64,000 nucleotides of DNA, taken from IMG/VR virus record IMGVR_UViG_3300042863_002246; one strand, 5' to 3'. Position 1 is the stretch's first letter, and each line of letters opens with the position of its first letter. The translations under genes were made by a program, and so were the position numbers. This document shows positions 26,413-35,691 of this stretch, one piece after another. The DNA comes from an uncultured virus (IMG/VR IMGVR_UViG_3300042863_002246) (taxonomy: Duplodnaviria; Heunggongvirae; Uroviricota; Caudoviricetes). The notes beneath the pieces are model-generated. The model saw nothing but the letters and a program-made list of their open reading frames with translations. It was not told the origin of the DNA and searched no databases.

Positions 26413-28263
26413 ATGAAACTAAACAGATACTTAGACTTTATATCAGAAGGTACCGGTAGTGGTAAAATGATGATATTCTACTCGGATGACCTGAGAGAGC
26501 TTTTCACACACATAGCGATGAGCGAGAGTTCCGCAAAAAATGTGGCAAGAGTACTTTTGGAAGTTGAAGACAACGACACCGTGAAAGACACTTATACTTT
26601 GATAGACAAAACCGACAAGAACGACATGATTTCGTATGTTCAGACAAGTAGGTTCTACAGAGAGTATCCTAACGGAATCTCGAGTCCGGATTTGGAAAAA
26701 GAAAGAGGTTACTCCATGAAGAGTAGCAAGTTCTGGAAAAGTGGAAGAACTCCTAACTACGGAATAGGAAGATGGGTAAGACACATATTCAACGACGTTC
26801 GTCAGACTCCTATAAAGAACGAAGATCTTGAGAGTTTTGTGAACGCCTACAAGTCTACCTACGATACAATGGCCAAACGTTCTGAAAAATTTAAATTGGT
26901 AAAAGGTGAGGATATAAGATACTGGTATTTAGAAGACAGATACGAAGAAGTGAGTGGACAGCTTGGAAACTCTTGTATGAGATACAAAAGATGTCAGTCA
27001 TATCTGGATATCTATGTCGAGAATCCGGAATCGTGTAGTCTGCTTATATTGAAAGGTAATGATCCAGACAAGATAGCAGGACGTGCACTTATCTGGACTA
27101 TACACGAAGGTCCAGGTGTTGCTGGAAGAAGGTTCATGGACAGGATCTACACGATAAAGGACAGCGACAAGATTCTTTTTGAGGCATACGCGAAAGAGAA
27201 CGATATTCTTAGATCACAATCTTATACGTACAAAATAAAGGTTAAGGAAGGTAGGTACGACTACTATCCTTATATGGACACGCTTACGTGCTATGATTAT
27301 GAAAAAGGGATTCTATCTTCTTCTCTTGATGGCGAAGATATTTTAGGTCTACAAAACACGGATGGAACCGCATCGGACAACGAAGGAAGAGTTTGGAGTG
27401 AGTATCACGGTGAGTATATAGACGAGGATGACGCCAGATATTGTGAAGACGTTGACGGTCCCGTGCACTATGAGAGCACGGTTTGGTTAGAATATTTAGA
27501 CATATATGTTACCGATAATGCAGATACGGTTTATAGCGAATATTTTGATGGAAGCTACTATAGTGAAGATGCCGTTCGTTCGGAATGTATGGATGACTAT
27601 CTAAAAGCAAACGATAGTGATGTTATAGAGATTAAAACTAGTGCGGATGGAGACACCGATTATTGTGTTTTAGATCGTAAGGACCTATATATTGAGGTAG
27701 ATGACGAATATTACTATAGAAAGAATTATATATTAGATCCTTACACAGGTGAATATCATTTCGGTGATGAGAAGGTTGATGGTGTGAAATATATCAAATA
27801 TTTAGAGAATAAGTTAGAAGAAGAACTTGAAGTAAAAGAGAAATATACTCTAGCAGGTGGAAAGTTTGATTTAGAAAAATATAGAACCGATCTTAAAAAG
27901 ATGTTTGTCGAATATGTTCCTACCGATGACTTCATAAAAGAAGTGAAGACAAAGGGTGGTGATAATAGTTATTACTATCATTTACCTGGACTATATGCTT
28001 GGATAATAAGAGACCAGATGAATTATGGAACCATAAATGCAGGTTATCAATCAAGTGCAGCATTGTCTAGCTACAAGAAACTTTTATTTGATATTTTGGA
28101 AGAGATGTCTGAAGAATTTGATAAAGAAAATATTAAATTATGGTACGATGATAAGTTTTCACGCTCTTGGAATCTAAGATCCGTATTTAAAATATTTGAC
28201 AATATAGACATCACTAAATTTCCTACGGAAATATACAAAAGAATATTCTTTTTTAACATATGA
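26413..28263 (+). CDS. Conserved phage protein (NSCM..GRALIW..MDRIY..PYMDT) with capsid-targeting-like tag
   Basis: 616 aa; starts MKLNRYLDFISE; acidic Tyr-rich repeats after the conserved core. Confidence 0.7.
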   Translation: MKLNRYLDFISEGTGSGKMMIFYSDDLRELFTHIAMSESSAKNVARVLLEVEDNDTVKDTYTLIDKTDKNDMISYVQTSRFYREYPNGISSPDLEKERGYSMKSSKFWKSGRTPNYGIGRWVRHIFNDVRQTPIKNEDLESFVNAYKSTYDTMAKRSEKFKLVKGEDIRYWYLEDRYEEVSGQLGNSCMRYKRCQSYLDIYVENPESCSLLILKGNDPDKIAGRALIWTIHEGPGVAGRRFMDRIYTIKDSDKILFEAYAKENDILRSQSYTYKIKVKEGRYDYYPYMDTLTCYDYEKGILSSSLDGEDILGLQNTDGTASDNEGRVWSEYHGEYIDEDDARYCEDVDGPVHYESTVWLEYLDIYVTDNADTVYSEYFDGSYYSEDAVRSECMDDYLKANDSDVIEIKTSADGDTDYCVLDRKDLYIEVDDEYYYRKNYILDPYTGEYHFGDEKVDGVKYIKYLENKLEEELEVKEKYTLAGGKFDLEKYRTDLKKMFVEYVPTDDFIKEVKTKGGDNSYYYHLPGLYAWIIRDQMNYGTINAGYQSSAALSSYKKLLFDILEEMSEEFDKENIKLWYDDKFSRSWNLRSVFKIFDNIDITKFPTEIYKRIFFFNI

Positions 28264-28823
28264 AAAACGTAAAGACATATGAAGGATTCCTAGACTTCTT
28301 CAAAAGAAAACCAAAAAGTACAGAACCAGTTTATATGGATGATATAAAAGAGTGTGGGTACGACTTTTTACATGACAACAGAATAGCCACTTACGTCGAT
28401 GGATCAACTCCAGGTGGTATTGGTCATGACTTTGATGATATTTTTGGAATAAAAAGAGGAATAGATTTGACACACGACTATGAAGATTTAATGAACGATA
28501 CTATGAATCTACCACGTAACGTAAGAGGAAACATGATGATTATACAATTTCGATATTCTTTATACGAAGAAACTACAAGTAGAGAAAATTATAAATACGT
28601 TTCGAGAAATGAAATGTCTGAGATGTTGAAAGACTTCGCAGATAAGTTAGAGACATTGGATTGTAAGGCGAGTTTTTATCTTGCTTGGGGTTATGACGAA
28701 GGACGTACAGATGACAAAGAATACAAAAACATTGATAAAGTTATAGACGTTATATACAAAACTGATAGAACTCCATTGGTAACGATGAAAATAACTGCAC
28801 CTTCTGATATAATAGTCGATTAA
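28260..28823 (+). CDS. Hypothetical protein with capsid-targeting-like N-terminus
   Basis: Starts MKNVKTYEGFLDF; overlaps the previous stop. Confidence 0.7.
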   Translation: MKNVKTYEGFLDFFKRKPKSTEPVYMDDIKECGYDFLHDNRIATYVDGSTPGGIGHDFDDIFGIKRGIDLTHDYEDLMNDTMNLPRNVRGNMMIIQFRYSLYEETTSRENYKYVSRNEMSEMLKDFADKLETLDCKASFYLAWGYDEGRTDDKEYKNIDKVIDVIYKTDRTPLVTMKITAPSDIIVD

Positions 28824-28829
28824 TTTCCT

Positions 28830-28837
28830 TATCTTTG
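28830..28837 (+). promoter_or_regulatory. Bacteroidota-type -7 promoter element TAnnTTTG
   Basis: TATCTTTG 4 nt upstream of the 28842 ATG; no clear -33 TTTG. Confidence 0.45.
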
Positions 28838-28841
28838 TTAA

Positions 28842-29294
28842 ATGAATAGAATTTATTTAGACGATATAAGAACTCCATTAGAGCAAGACTGGATTGTAGT
28901 AAGAAACTTAGAAGAGTTTTCCAAAAAGATTCAAGAGATTGGACTTGAAAATATTTCGCACATATCTCTCGACCACGACCTTGATAAGTCTGCGATGGAT
29001 GAATACTTCAATAACGTAGCAAAGAACTACACAATCGATTACAGCAAGATTATAGAGCCAACCGGTCTCGACTGTGTGAAGTGGATTGTAGACCATTTCT
29101 ATAAGATGAATCCAAAGAGAAGAAAGATGTCTCGATTTGAGAAGAAATCTTATCCTATAAAATTCCCTTATATCACTATACATTCACATAACCCTATCGG
29201 TTCTGCAAACATGCAAGGCTACATCAACAACTTCTACAAGAACGAAGGTCAGGAAGAAGATTGTGTTCGAGGTAAGATACCATACAAAGACTAA
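28842..29294 (+). CDS. Cyclic-phosphate-processing receiver-domain protein
   Basis: IYLDDIR.P..W.VVRN..EF, ISLDHDL, TG.DC.KW, IHSHNP.G..NM. Confidence 0.75.
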   Translation: MNRIYLDDIRTPLEQDWIVVRNLEEFSKKIQEIGLENISHISLDHDLDKSAMDEYFNNVAKNYTIDYSKIIEPTGLDCVKWIVDHFYKMNPKRRKMSRFEKKSYPIKFPYITIHSHNPIGSANMQGYINNFYKNEGQEEDCVRGKIPYKD

Positions 29295-29322
29295 ACTTAG
29301 AATATGATTTTCTATATCATGT
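29292..29322 (+). promoter_or_regulatory. Putative middle promoter TAAAC-N18-TATCAT
   Basis: TAAAC-11 nt-TTTTCTATATCATGT, same layout as upstream of the clamp gene. Confidence 0.6.
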
Positions 29323-29325
29323 GAT

Positions 29326-30516
29326 ATGGATAAGGAATACATAAAAGGATTGGTTCAGAAGATACTCAACAAAGAGTTCGCCAACATAAACAAGAGAAAG
29401 ATTGTCGACTATGTTGATCGATTTAATATCGCGTGTCCCTATTGCGGTGATAGTAAGAACGTCTATAAGAAAAGAGGAAATCTTTATCTGAATAGGTTGA
29501 TGTTTGTTTGCTTTAACTGCGACAAACATACAAATCTTGATAGGATGTGTAAGGACTTCAACGAAATGGTTGATCCTGATAAGAAGCTTGAAATGATTGA
29601 GCATCTTAATAGTGTAATGACATATTCCGACTATGAAGCAAATATGTCTGATGCCAAATTCGAAAACCTTATCGAATTAAGCGAGTTAGAGAGAGTTTTT
29701 AGCTCTAACCTTACTCAGATAACAGATTTCAAACCAATCATCACCAACGGCGGTATATATAAGTATTTAATAGGTCGTGGTATTCCAGAAGAGTATCATA
29801 AAAACATATATCAAGCAAAATTCTGGAAGAACGAAGATGAAGCAGAATGGATAATCGTGATGCTCAATAGAAGAGACACGAAAGTTCTGGGTATGCAAGT
29901 TCGTAATCTAAAAGAAGGTAAAAAACGTATGTTTAAGATTTATAACTATGAGAATCTTTTAGAATGGATAAACATTGGAAAAGAAGAACCTATAGAGATT
30001 GACATGAACGAGATGGTTATCTACAACAAGCTTTCATACTACTTCAATATATTGAACGTAGATTTAGGAAAAACCATAACGGTCTTTGAAGGGTATTTAG
30101 ATTCGCTATTTTATCCAAACTCTATAGGGTTGGTAGGAGTCAACACAGACTATAAGTTGATTGAAAACAATGGGTTAGATATTCAATATTTCTTTGACAA
30201 CGATGATGCCGGATTCAGTAAGAGTGAGGAAAAAATAAAGATAGAATATCCTGTCTTTCTATGGCAAAAACTTTTTGAAGATATTGTTGAGAAGAAAAAG
30301 TCTGCGGACCCAGGTGCACTTCTACATAGGATAAGTAAGGTAAAAGATATAAACAAACTGGCGACACTTGTACCAAATCCTTATAAGACTTTAAAATTAG
30401 AAGATTTTTTTAGTAAAGATGTACTCGATTTAAAATGGATACCTAAAAAGAAGAAGTATTCTAAGAAACAAGATACCGACTACAACAGAAAGTTCGACAA
30501 CATCAAATATCTATGA
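29326..30516 (+). CDS. DNA primase, T4 gp61-like
   Basis: Zn ribbon CPYCGDS..CFNC; Toprim VFEGYLDSLF and FFDND; KDIN. Confidence 0.85.
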   Translation: MDKEYIKGLVQKILNKEFANINKRKIVDYVDRFNIACPYCGDSKNVYKKRGNLYLNRLMFVCFNCDKHTNLDRMCKDFNEMVDPDKKLEMIEHLNSVMTYSDYEANMSDAKFENLIELSELERVFSSNLTQITDFKPIITNGGIYKYLIGRGIPEEYHKNIYQAKFWKNEDEAEWIIVMLNRRDTKVLGMQVRNLKEGKKRMFKIYNYENLLEWINIGKEEPIEIDMNEMVIYNKLSYYFNILNVDLGKTITVFEGYLDSLFYPNSIGLVGVNTDYKLIENNGLDIQYFFDNDDAGFSKSEEKIKIEYPVFLWQKLFEDIVEKKKSADPGALLHRISKVKDINKLATLVPNPYKTLKLEDFFSKDVLDLKWIPKKKKYSKKQDTDYNRKFDNIKYL

Positions 30517-30557
30517 TTTCATTTTCTCCGTTTAATATATAAAAGAAAAATATTAAA

Positions 30558-30878
30558 ATGGAAAAAGAACAAAAAAAGGTAGCCAATGTGGTAGCACCTA
30601 AAAAGAATTATTTTTTTGGTTGGTCAAACATAAAATGGGGATTAAAAGAATTAATTAACGTATATTCATCTAAAAACTCTTATTTCTCTAAAAAGAGAGT
30701 AGAGTCAGGATTGGCATTCATCATTGCACAATGGGGTATGATATTCTTTTTGTTAGAAAAACATTCTACTTTGACTATGGGAGAATTCTTATTATGGGCT
30801 GCTGCTGAGTTTGCAGTATCTGGATATATAATCAATAAAATACAAAAAGAAAAGAAACCAACTGAATCAGAAGAATAA
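30558..30878 (+). CDS. Small two-TM membrane protein (holin candidate)
   Basis: Two hydrophobic segments after SKKRVES, basic C-terminus, late box at 30533-30541. Confidence 0.5.
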   Translation: MEKEQKKVANVVAPKKNYFFGWSNIKWGLKELINVYSSKNSYFSKKRVESGLAFIIAQWGMIFFLLEKHSTLTMGEFLLWAAAEFAVSGYIINKIQKEKKPTESEE

Positions 30879-31309
30879 TGAGATACGGAGTAATCTATAT
30901 AAAAATATGTCCTAAAGAAGGAACACCAGGTGATTGGATAAAGTATTGTCATTTCCTTTCGGAAACTCCTAAATCTTTCCAACAAAACGTTGAGATTATA
31001 GCAAATGACATCAATAGTAAGCATTCAGATGATATAGTTATCCCAATGGATATAGATGTTCATCCAGGTTGTACGACAACACCTGAAGGTGTAAAGGCAG
31101 TTGCGGAGGATATGTATAAACAGTATTCTGAGTTGTGTGAAAGACAAGGAATTCCAAACTCTGTAAGATGTGTTTATTCTATCGGTGAACTTAGAAATAT
31201 TAATGTTGATTCTACACATCATTTGAGTAATGATGAACTTATGGTAAAGGTCGGTAGATTTTTAGATGAATCTGACGAACCAGGCATATTTGAATTAGAT
31301 GAAATATAA
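30878..31309 (+). CDS. Hypothetical protein
   Basis: 143-aa ORF coupled by TAATG to the previous gene. Confidence 0.7.
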   Translation: MRYGVIYIKICPKEGTPGDWIKYCHFLSETPKSFQQNVEIIANDINSKHSDDIVIPMDIDVHPGCTTTPEGVKAVAEDMYKQYSELCERQGIPNSVRCVYSIGELRNINVDSTHHLSNDELMVKVGRFLDESDEPGIFELDEI

Positions 31310-31313
31310 AACT

Positions 31314-31342
31314 AAAAAGCCACTCAAATGAGTGGCTTTTTT
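31314..31342. terminator. Bidirectional terminator, CCACTCA/TGAGTGG family
   Basis: AAAAAGCCACTCAAATGAGTGGCTTTTTT between convergent genes. Confidence 0.85.
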
Positions 31343-31354
31343 ATTTAGTGTTTA

Positions 31355-31942
31355 TTAAAACTTTCTTTTGAATGTTCTGTTTTTGTAGCTTTTAGACTCT
31401 CCAATCTGGTCGATATCTACTGCTTGAGCTTTAAGAGCTTGAGCTTCTGGATCTAAACCTGTTTCAGTTTTATCAGAACCTCTTTCAAACTCACCTTGAG
31501 CTTGTGCTCTTTTTTGAGCTTGTGCTTGTACTCTTCTTTCTTTTTTACCTTGAGCTTCTGCTTGAGCTTGTGGGTTGTTAAGGTAATCAACAACTTTTTC
31601 AACGTCGTCAGTTTTCAAATCGATTCCGTCTACTCTAAATTGTCCTGTTTCAGATGGTTGATCAATCTCATGTCCATCATGATTGATAACATTTCTTTCA
31701 ACTGAAGCACCTAACAATTCTGCTAATCCTTCTAATCCACCTTCTACTGCGTCTACGTCTCCATATGCTAATGGATTGTCTCTTACACCTGGTTCTTCTG
31801 TAGGAATAACAGATGGTCTAGCCGGTCTTGGCGTTGTATCTGGTCTTGTTGGTGCTGGAATCGTCTCAGGAGAAACGCCTGGTCTTGACGGTGCCGGAGC
31901 ATTTTCATTTGTTTTTACAAATTGATTATATTTTTTAATCAT
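31355..31942 (-). CDS. Pro-rich hypothetical protein with capsid-targeting-like tag
   Basis: Starts MIKKYNQFVKTNEN; late box at 31965-31973. Confidence 0.75.
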   Translation of the reverse strand: MIKKYNQFVKTNENAPAPSRPGVSPETIPAPTRPDTTPRPARPSVIPTEEPGVRDNPLAYGDVDAVEGGLEGLAELLGASVERNVINHDGHEIDQPSETGQFRVDGIDLKTDDVEKVVDYLNNPQAQAEAQGKKERRVQAQAQKRAQAQGEFERGSDKTETGLDPEAQALKAQAVDIDQIGESKSYKNRTFKRKF

Positions 31943-31991
31943 CTTTTTAGACTTATTTTTTTAGTATATATTAAAATATTTTTTTCTTTTT

Positions 31992-32480
31992 TTACTCTTC
32001 ATCTTGATTTTCTAACTCACTAACTACATAGTCGATAAAACTATCAAGTTCATATTCATAACCTGAACAAAAGTCAAAGACATCAAAATCTTTTCCGTTT
32101 ATCTGAACTCCAAAGTCTGGAGATGTGAATGTTGTTTCTGGATAGTAAACGATTCTTCCTTCAAGTCTTCCACTTATTGTTTTCCCGTTTTCTATAAGAT
32201 CTGGACAAGTAAGTGTTCCTAAGTAATGTATCTCATCTCCATATTCTTCTATAGAGTCAAATTCAAACTTGAACATTCCAGCATAGTCTTCGAAGACCTT
32301 TTCACTTTCTTCTTTAGTAAGTGCATTATGTACTGCTTCTTCACCGCCGGATTTATGTGCATCCAAAAACTCTTTCTCTAATGAAGTCAATGATTTCATA
32401 CCATACTTAGATATTTTGTCTAGTATGTCGTCGACTCGTTGTGCGGTCGAATAACCTTCGTATCTCATTAGATGTCTCAT
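31992..32480 (-). CDS. Hypothetical protein with tag-like N-terminus and DUF6576-like motif
   Basis: MRHLMRYEGY then VDDILDKISKYGMKSLTSLEKEFL; late box at 32491-32499. Confidence 0.7.
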   Translation of the reverse strand: MRHLMRYEGYSTAQRVDDILDKISKYGMKSLTSLEKEFLDAHKSGGEEAVHNALTKEESEKVFEDYAGMFKFEFDSIEEYGDEIHYLGTLTCPDLIENGKTISGRLEGRIVYYPETTFTSPDFGVQINGKDFDVFDFCSGYEYELDSFIDYVVSELENQDEE

Positions 32481-32515
32481 AATCACAATGTATATATTAA
32501 ATTAGACACTCGTTT

Positions 32516-32878
32516 TTATACAGAACCTTTGATTTCCCACGGATTCCAGTCTTTTATAGGTTCCATTAGTTTCTTTTTAATAGTTTCATATACGGGTATT
32601 AGATTGCCTGATGTCTGGTATATAGCTATGTAATTATTTTGATACTTTTCGGAATCAAAGTCTTCTATTTCTTTATCTTCTAAAACTGAATCTAATCGAC
32701 TTTGTCTTTCCCATGCTTTTACTGAGTTTATATAGCTATCTACAAAGAATATAAGAAATCCATTCTCTTCTTTGTGATTACGGATCATATCAAAGTCTAT
32801 TCCATCATAGAAAAAGACATTGGTTCCGTTTATTTCTATATTTTCAATCAAAGTCAAAGCCATCGAATAAGTCGTCAA
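32516..32878 (-). CDS. Hypothetical protein
   Basis: 120-aa ORF, start uncertain; contains ERQSRLDSVLE. Confidence 0.6.
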   Translation of the reverse strand: MTTYSMALTLIENIEINGTNVFFYDGIDFDMIRNHKEENGFLIFFVDSYINSVKAWERQSRLDSVLEDKEIEDFDSEKYQNNYIAIYQTSGNLIPVYETIKKKLMEPIKDWNPWEIKGSV

Positions 32879-33083
32879 TCTTTTTATCTCTAAAAGATCC
32901 TATTTGTTTTCCTTCAAATTGTTCATTTTTTTCGACTTTATTTTTGAACTCTTCAAATGCCGCTCTTGATATTTTAGAAAGTGCCATTGCACCTGCTGAT
33001 ATCTTTCCTTCGTTTAATCTATCTGATAGATAACTTACGAACATTGGGTATAGTCTTTCGTTTTTCATAAAAATATATATCAA
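32844..33083 (-). CDS. Small hypothetical protein with RDKKIDDL motif
   Basis: 79-aa ORF, start may be MKNERL. Confidence 0.6.
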   Translation of the reverse strand: MIYIFMKNERLYPMFVSYLSDRLNEGKISAGAMALSKISRAAFEEFKNKVEKNEQFEGKQIGSFRDKKIDDLFDGFDFD

Positions 33084-33121
33084 ATAACACCTTTCCGAAT
33101 CGTGGAAAATATATATACTTT

Positions 33122-33853
33122 ATGGAAAAAGATTTAAGCTTAGGACCAGTCCTTACAAGCAAATATGGTGAAACGAATTCAATCGCTTGGTTGAATCAAA
33201 TGATAATAAAATACATAACAAGTATTTATGGTCCTTTTGGATATTCTTATAGAGCAGGAAACAAAGACATCAATGTAAACGGAAAGCTGATAAACACAGA
33301 GTACATCGACAAAATGGTGAACAACTACACAGTTTTCAAAGGAATAATAAACGATCAGGAAATAAACACAGAGGAAGGATTCTACAACTATATGGTTGCA
33401 AACTTATTCGATGTGTATAACTACGGTGGTTCTCATTTTGATAAGATAACCTTACCGGTTCTTATTGCAACCTCTAGACGAGGGAACATTGGTGAACAAA
33501 AGGCTTTAGCGTTTTTTAAAAACGAACTTATGAAAAGAAACGTTGAGTGTGTTATAATACCACCAACTCTTTTAGAAGATGGTCAAGGAATAGATGGTAA
33601 GTTTATGTGGAATGGTAAAGAACTTACTATTCAAGTAAAACCTTATGATAGTATAATGAAAAGAGATGGAATGGTAAATGTTTTTTCTCAAGGATCATTA
33701 TCTCTTCAAATAATAGGTGCTGGTAAAAATGTAGACTATCTTGTTCTTTACAATCTTGAAAAGAAAGGATTTGTAATAGTAAGAGCAAGTAATGTTACTA
33801 TACAAGGAAATCAGTTTATATTTCCAGAAGACAAACTCATCGCAATGATATAA
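33122..33853 (+). CDS. Putative PD-(D/E)xK nuclease-fold protein
   Basis: GNIGE..GID..IQVK pattern in the C-terminal half. Confidence 0.5.
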   Translation: MEKDLSLGPVLTSKYGETNSIAWLNQMIIKYITSIYGPFGYSYRAGNKDINVNGKLINTEYIDKMVNNYTVFKGIINDQEINTEEGFYNYMVANLFDVYNYGGSHFDKITLPVLIATSRRGNIGEQKALAFFKNELMKRNVECVIIPPTLLEDGQGIDGKFMWNGKELTIQVKPYDSIMKRDGMVNVFSQGSLSLQIIGAGKNVDYLVLYNLEKKGFVIVRASNVTIQGNQFIFPEDKLIAMI

Positions 33854-33854
33854 C

Positions 33855-33886
33855 AAAAAACCCACTCATTTTGAGTGGGTTTTTTT
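33855..33886. terminator. Bidirectional terminator, CCACTCA/TGAGTGG family
   Basis: AAAAAACCCACTCATTTTGAGTGGGTTTTTTT. Confidence 0.85.
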
Positions 33887-35309
33887 ATTTTCCAAAGCCG
33901 CCGAATATATCCATTACAACAGATAATCTTTCAGTTATCTCAGGCATTCCCAATGGTTCGATAATCTTGTTTATCGGTGCCAAAATACATTTCGCAAACT
34001 GAATGTCATAATCAATCGCTGGTGCAATCTCAATCGGATAAGAACCTCTAATATAAGCAAAGATATCTCCATTGTTATTGTTTTTACAATAGTAGTATTT
34101 AATCTTAGTTCCAGACTTTACAAATTCGTACTTAGTCTGTAAATACTTGTTCTGATGTAAAAGATAGTTATGATAAGCACTTGCTTTTACTGCGAAGTGA
34201 GCACCATTTACGAACTGAAGTGGTAAAGATTTATCATCTATTACTTTGACATCGTAGTTTGAACAAGAAGACTGCATAGCAATGTCGTCAATATCAGCCA
34301 ACTCAAACTCTTTACGTAGAGCTTTGATTAGTTTAAGTAAATCCTTTATGTTGAATGTGTTCGAATGTTCAAAAAGATACTTCACAATGTTGATAATCTT
34401 CTCTCTAGCGAACAATGGAGTCGAAGATCTTACTAACTCTACTCCTTTAGGGAATAAGTATGTCAATCTATCATAAGGAATTCCATCTTCAAAAGAAACA
34501 TGTTGAATATATTTCTTCTTAGCCAATGAGATAATAGATTCAGAAATTCTTTCAAGCTCGAAATCTTCTTTGTTTTCTACTCCAAATGTTGCTGCGTAGT
34601 CTTCTAAACATTGTTTAAAGTATCCACCATATCTAAAATGGTCCATTCCGTGAATGTAATCTACTTCTCTCGACCAGTTCCATTCTACTTCACAAGTAAG
34701 TGCTCCACTTCCAATAAGTTTCATGAATCCTCTGTCCTTAATGAAAAGTCCGTCAGAGATTATCATCTCATAGTCTGTTGTAAGAAGTTCTTCAAATTCT
34801 GCAAGATTCGCAGCAGTTCCTAAATGATTAGGGTTGTCTGTTTTTATGTTGTTCTGTGAAAGAACTATAAATTTCTTATCAATCGATTTTAGATTTTCAG
34901 TACCTAAAAGAATATCTCTCCAATCAGAGTGGTTTATTGCAGGAAGAAAAGAAACGAATAGTGAATCGGTATCTGCATAGATTGAAACCGGTTCACTTCT
35001 ATCTATTGCAGTTACGTTTCTAACACAAAGTCTTTTGTGTAACTCAAAGTCAAAGTGCCATTGGTTGTACCAATAGTCTTCGTTGACTCTATCCATAGTT
35101 TGTGTAAGGTCTCTTCCTTGAGCGGTGATTGTTCCTGCAACGTGGTTGTTGTACAATATGAAGTATGCTGTTGCGAAGGCTCCATAAGATCCATTCAGAA
35201 CTAATTTTAGAGCGGTTTGCATCGCATTGTAGTATTCGACGGTCTTCTTAACCTCGATTGCTTGCCTTTTCAGTTCTTCTATCTTTTTAAGCTTTTCTTC
35301 CTTTGTCAT
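33885..35309 (-). CDS. Family B DNA polymerase, C-terminal subunit of a split gp43-like enzyme
   Basis: QTALKLVLNGSYG, TITAQGR, YADTDS, KKKY, KGVELVRSSTP; no exonuclease or DxxSLYP region. Confidence 0.85.
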   Translation of the reverse strand: MTKEEKLKKIEELKRQAIEVKKTVEYYNAMQTALKLVLNGSYGAFATAYFILYNNHVAGTITAQGRDLTQTMDRVNEDYWYNQWHFDFELHKRLCVRNVTAIDRSEPVSIYADTDSLFVSFLPAINHSDWRDILLGTENLKSIDKKFIVLSQNNIKTDNPNHLGTAANLAEFEELLTTDYEMIISDGLFIKDRGFMKLIGSGALTCEVEWNWSREVDYIHGMDHFRYGGYFKQCLEDYAATFGVENKEDFELERISESIISLAKKKYIQHVSFEDGIPYDRLTYLFPKGVELVRSSTPLFAREKIINIVKYLFEHSNTFNIKDLLKLIKALRKEFELADIDDIAMQSSCSNYDVKVIDDKSLPLQFVNGAHFAVKASAYHNYLLHQNKYLQTKYEFVKSGTKIKYYYCKNNNNGDIFAYIRGSYPIEIAPAIDYDIQFAKCILAPINKIIEPLGMPEITERLSVVMDIFGGFGK

Positions 35310-35310
35310 A

Positions 35311-35691
35311 TCATTTTATTATTTTTGTCGTGTCTATTGCTATTACTTTTGTTTCCTTTATTTCTATAATATCTACCTTTGTCTTTGTTGTGTCTTTTAT
35401 CGGTCTTCTGAATACCTTCTTAGGTATTATCTCTACAATAGGTACTATCTTTCTACTTTCTTCTAATATCTTTGATATTGAGTCTACTTTGTGTACAAGC
35501 TCTATGTTTTCGGATTTCAACATTTGTTTTTCATCAGATATTTGACTTATATCAGATTTTAGACTTACTATCCAAAAAATTAGAACGATTGTTATAAATA
35601 CCAGTGTTACTATCGAAGATGCACCGTTTGTTGTTTTGTCTCTACTTCCGTAGTTTCTTCTTCTGTTGTCGTATTTGTATCTATTATTCAT
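35311..35691 (-). CDS. Single-TM membrane protein with coiled coil
   Basis: Basic N-terminus, TM IVTLVFITIVLIFWIV, then heptad segment. Confidence 0.65.
   Translation of the reverse strand: MNNRYKYDNRRRNYGSRDKTTNGASSIVTLVFITIVLIFWIVSLKSDISQISDEKQMLKSENIELVHKVDSISKILEESRKIVPIVEIIPKKVFRRPIKDTTKTKVDIIEIKETKVIAIDTTKIIK

Noticed and set aside
34680..34919. Intein or intron in the PolB insertion
   Set aside because: Too short, frame open, no Cys/Ser start with His-Asn end and no endonuclease motifs
35311..35691. i-spanin call
   Set aside because: TM plus coiled coil fits, but it lies inside the clamp-PolB operon with no adjacent o-spanin or lysin
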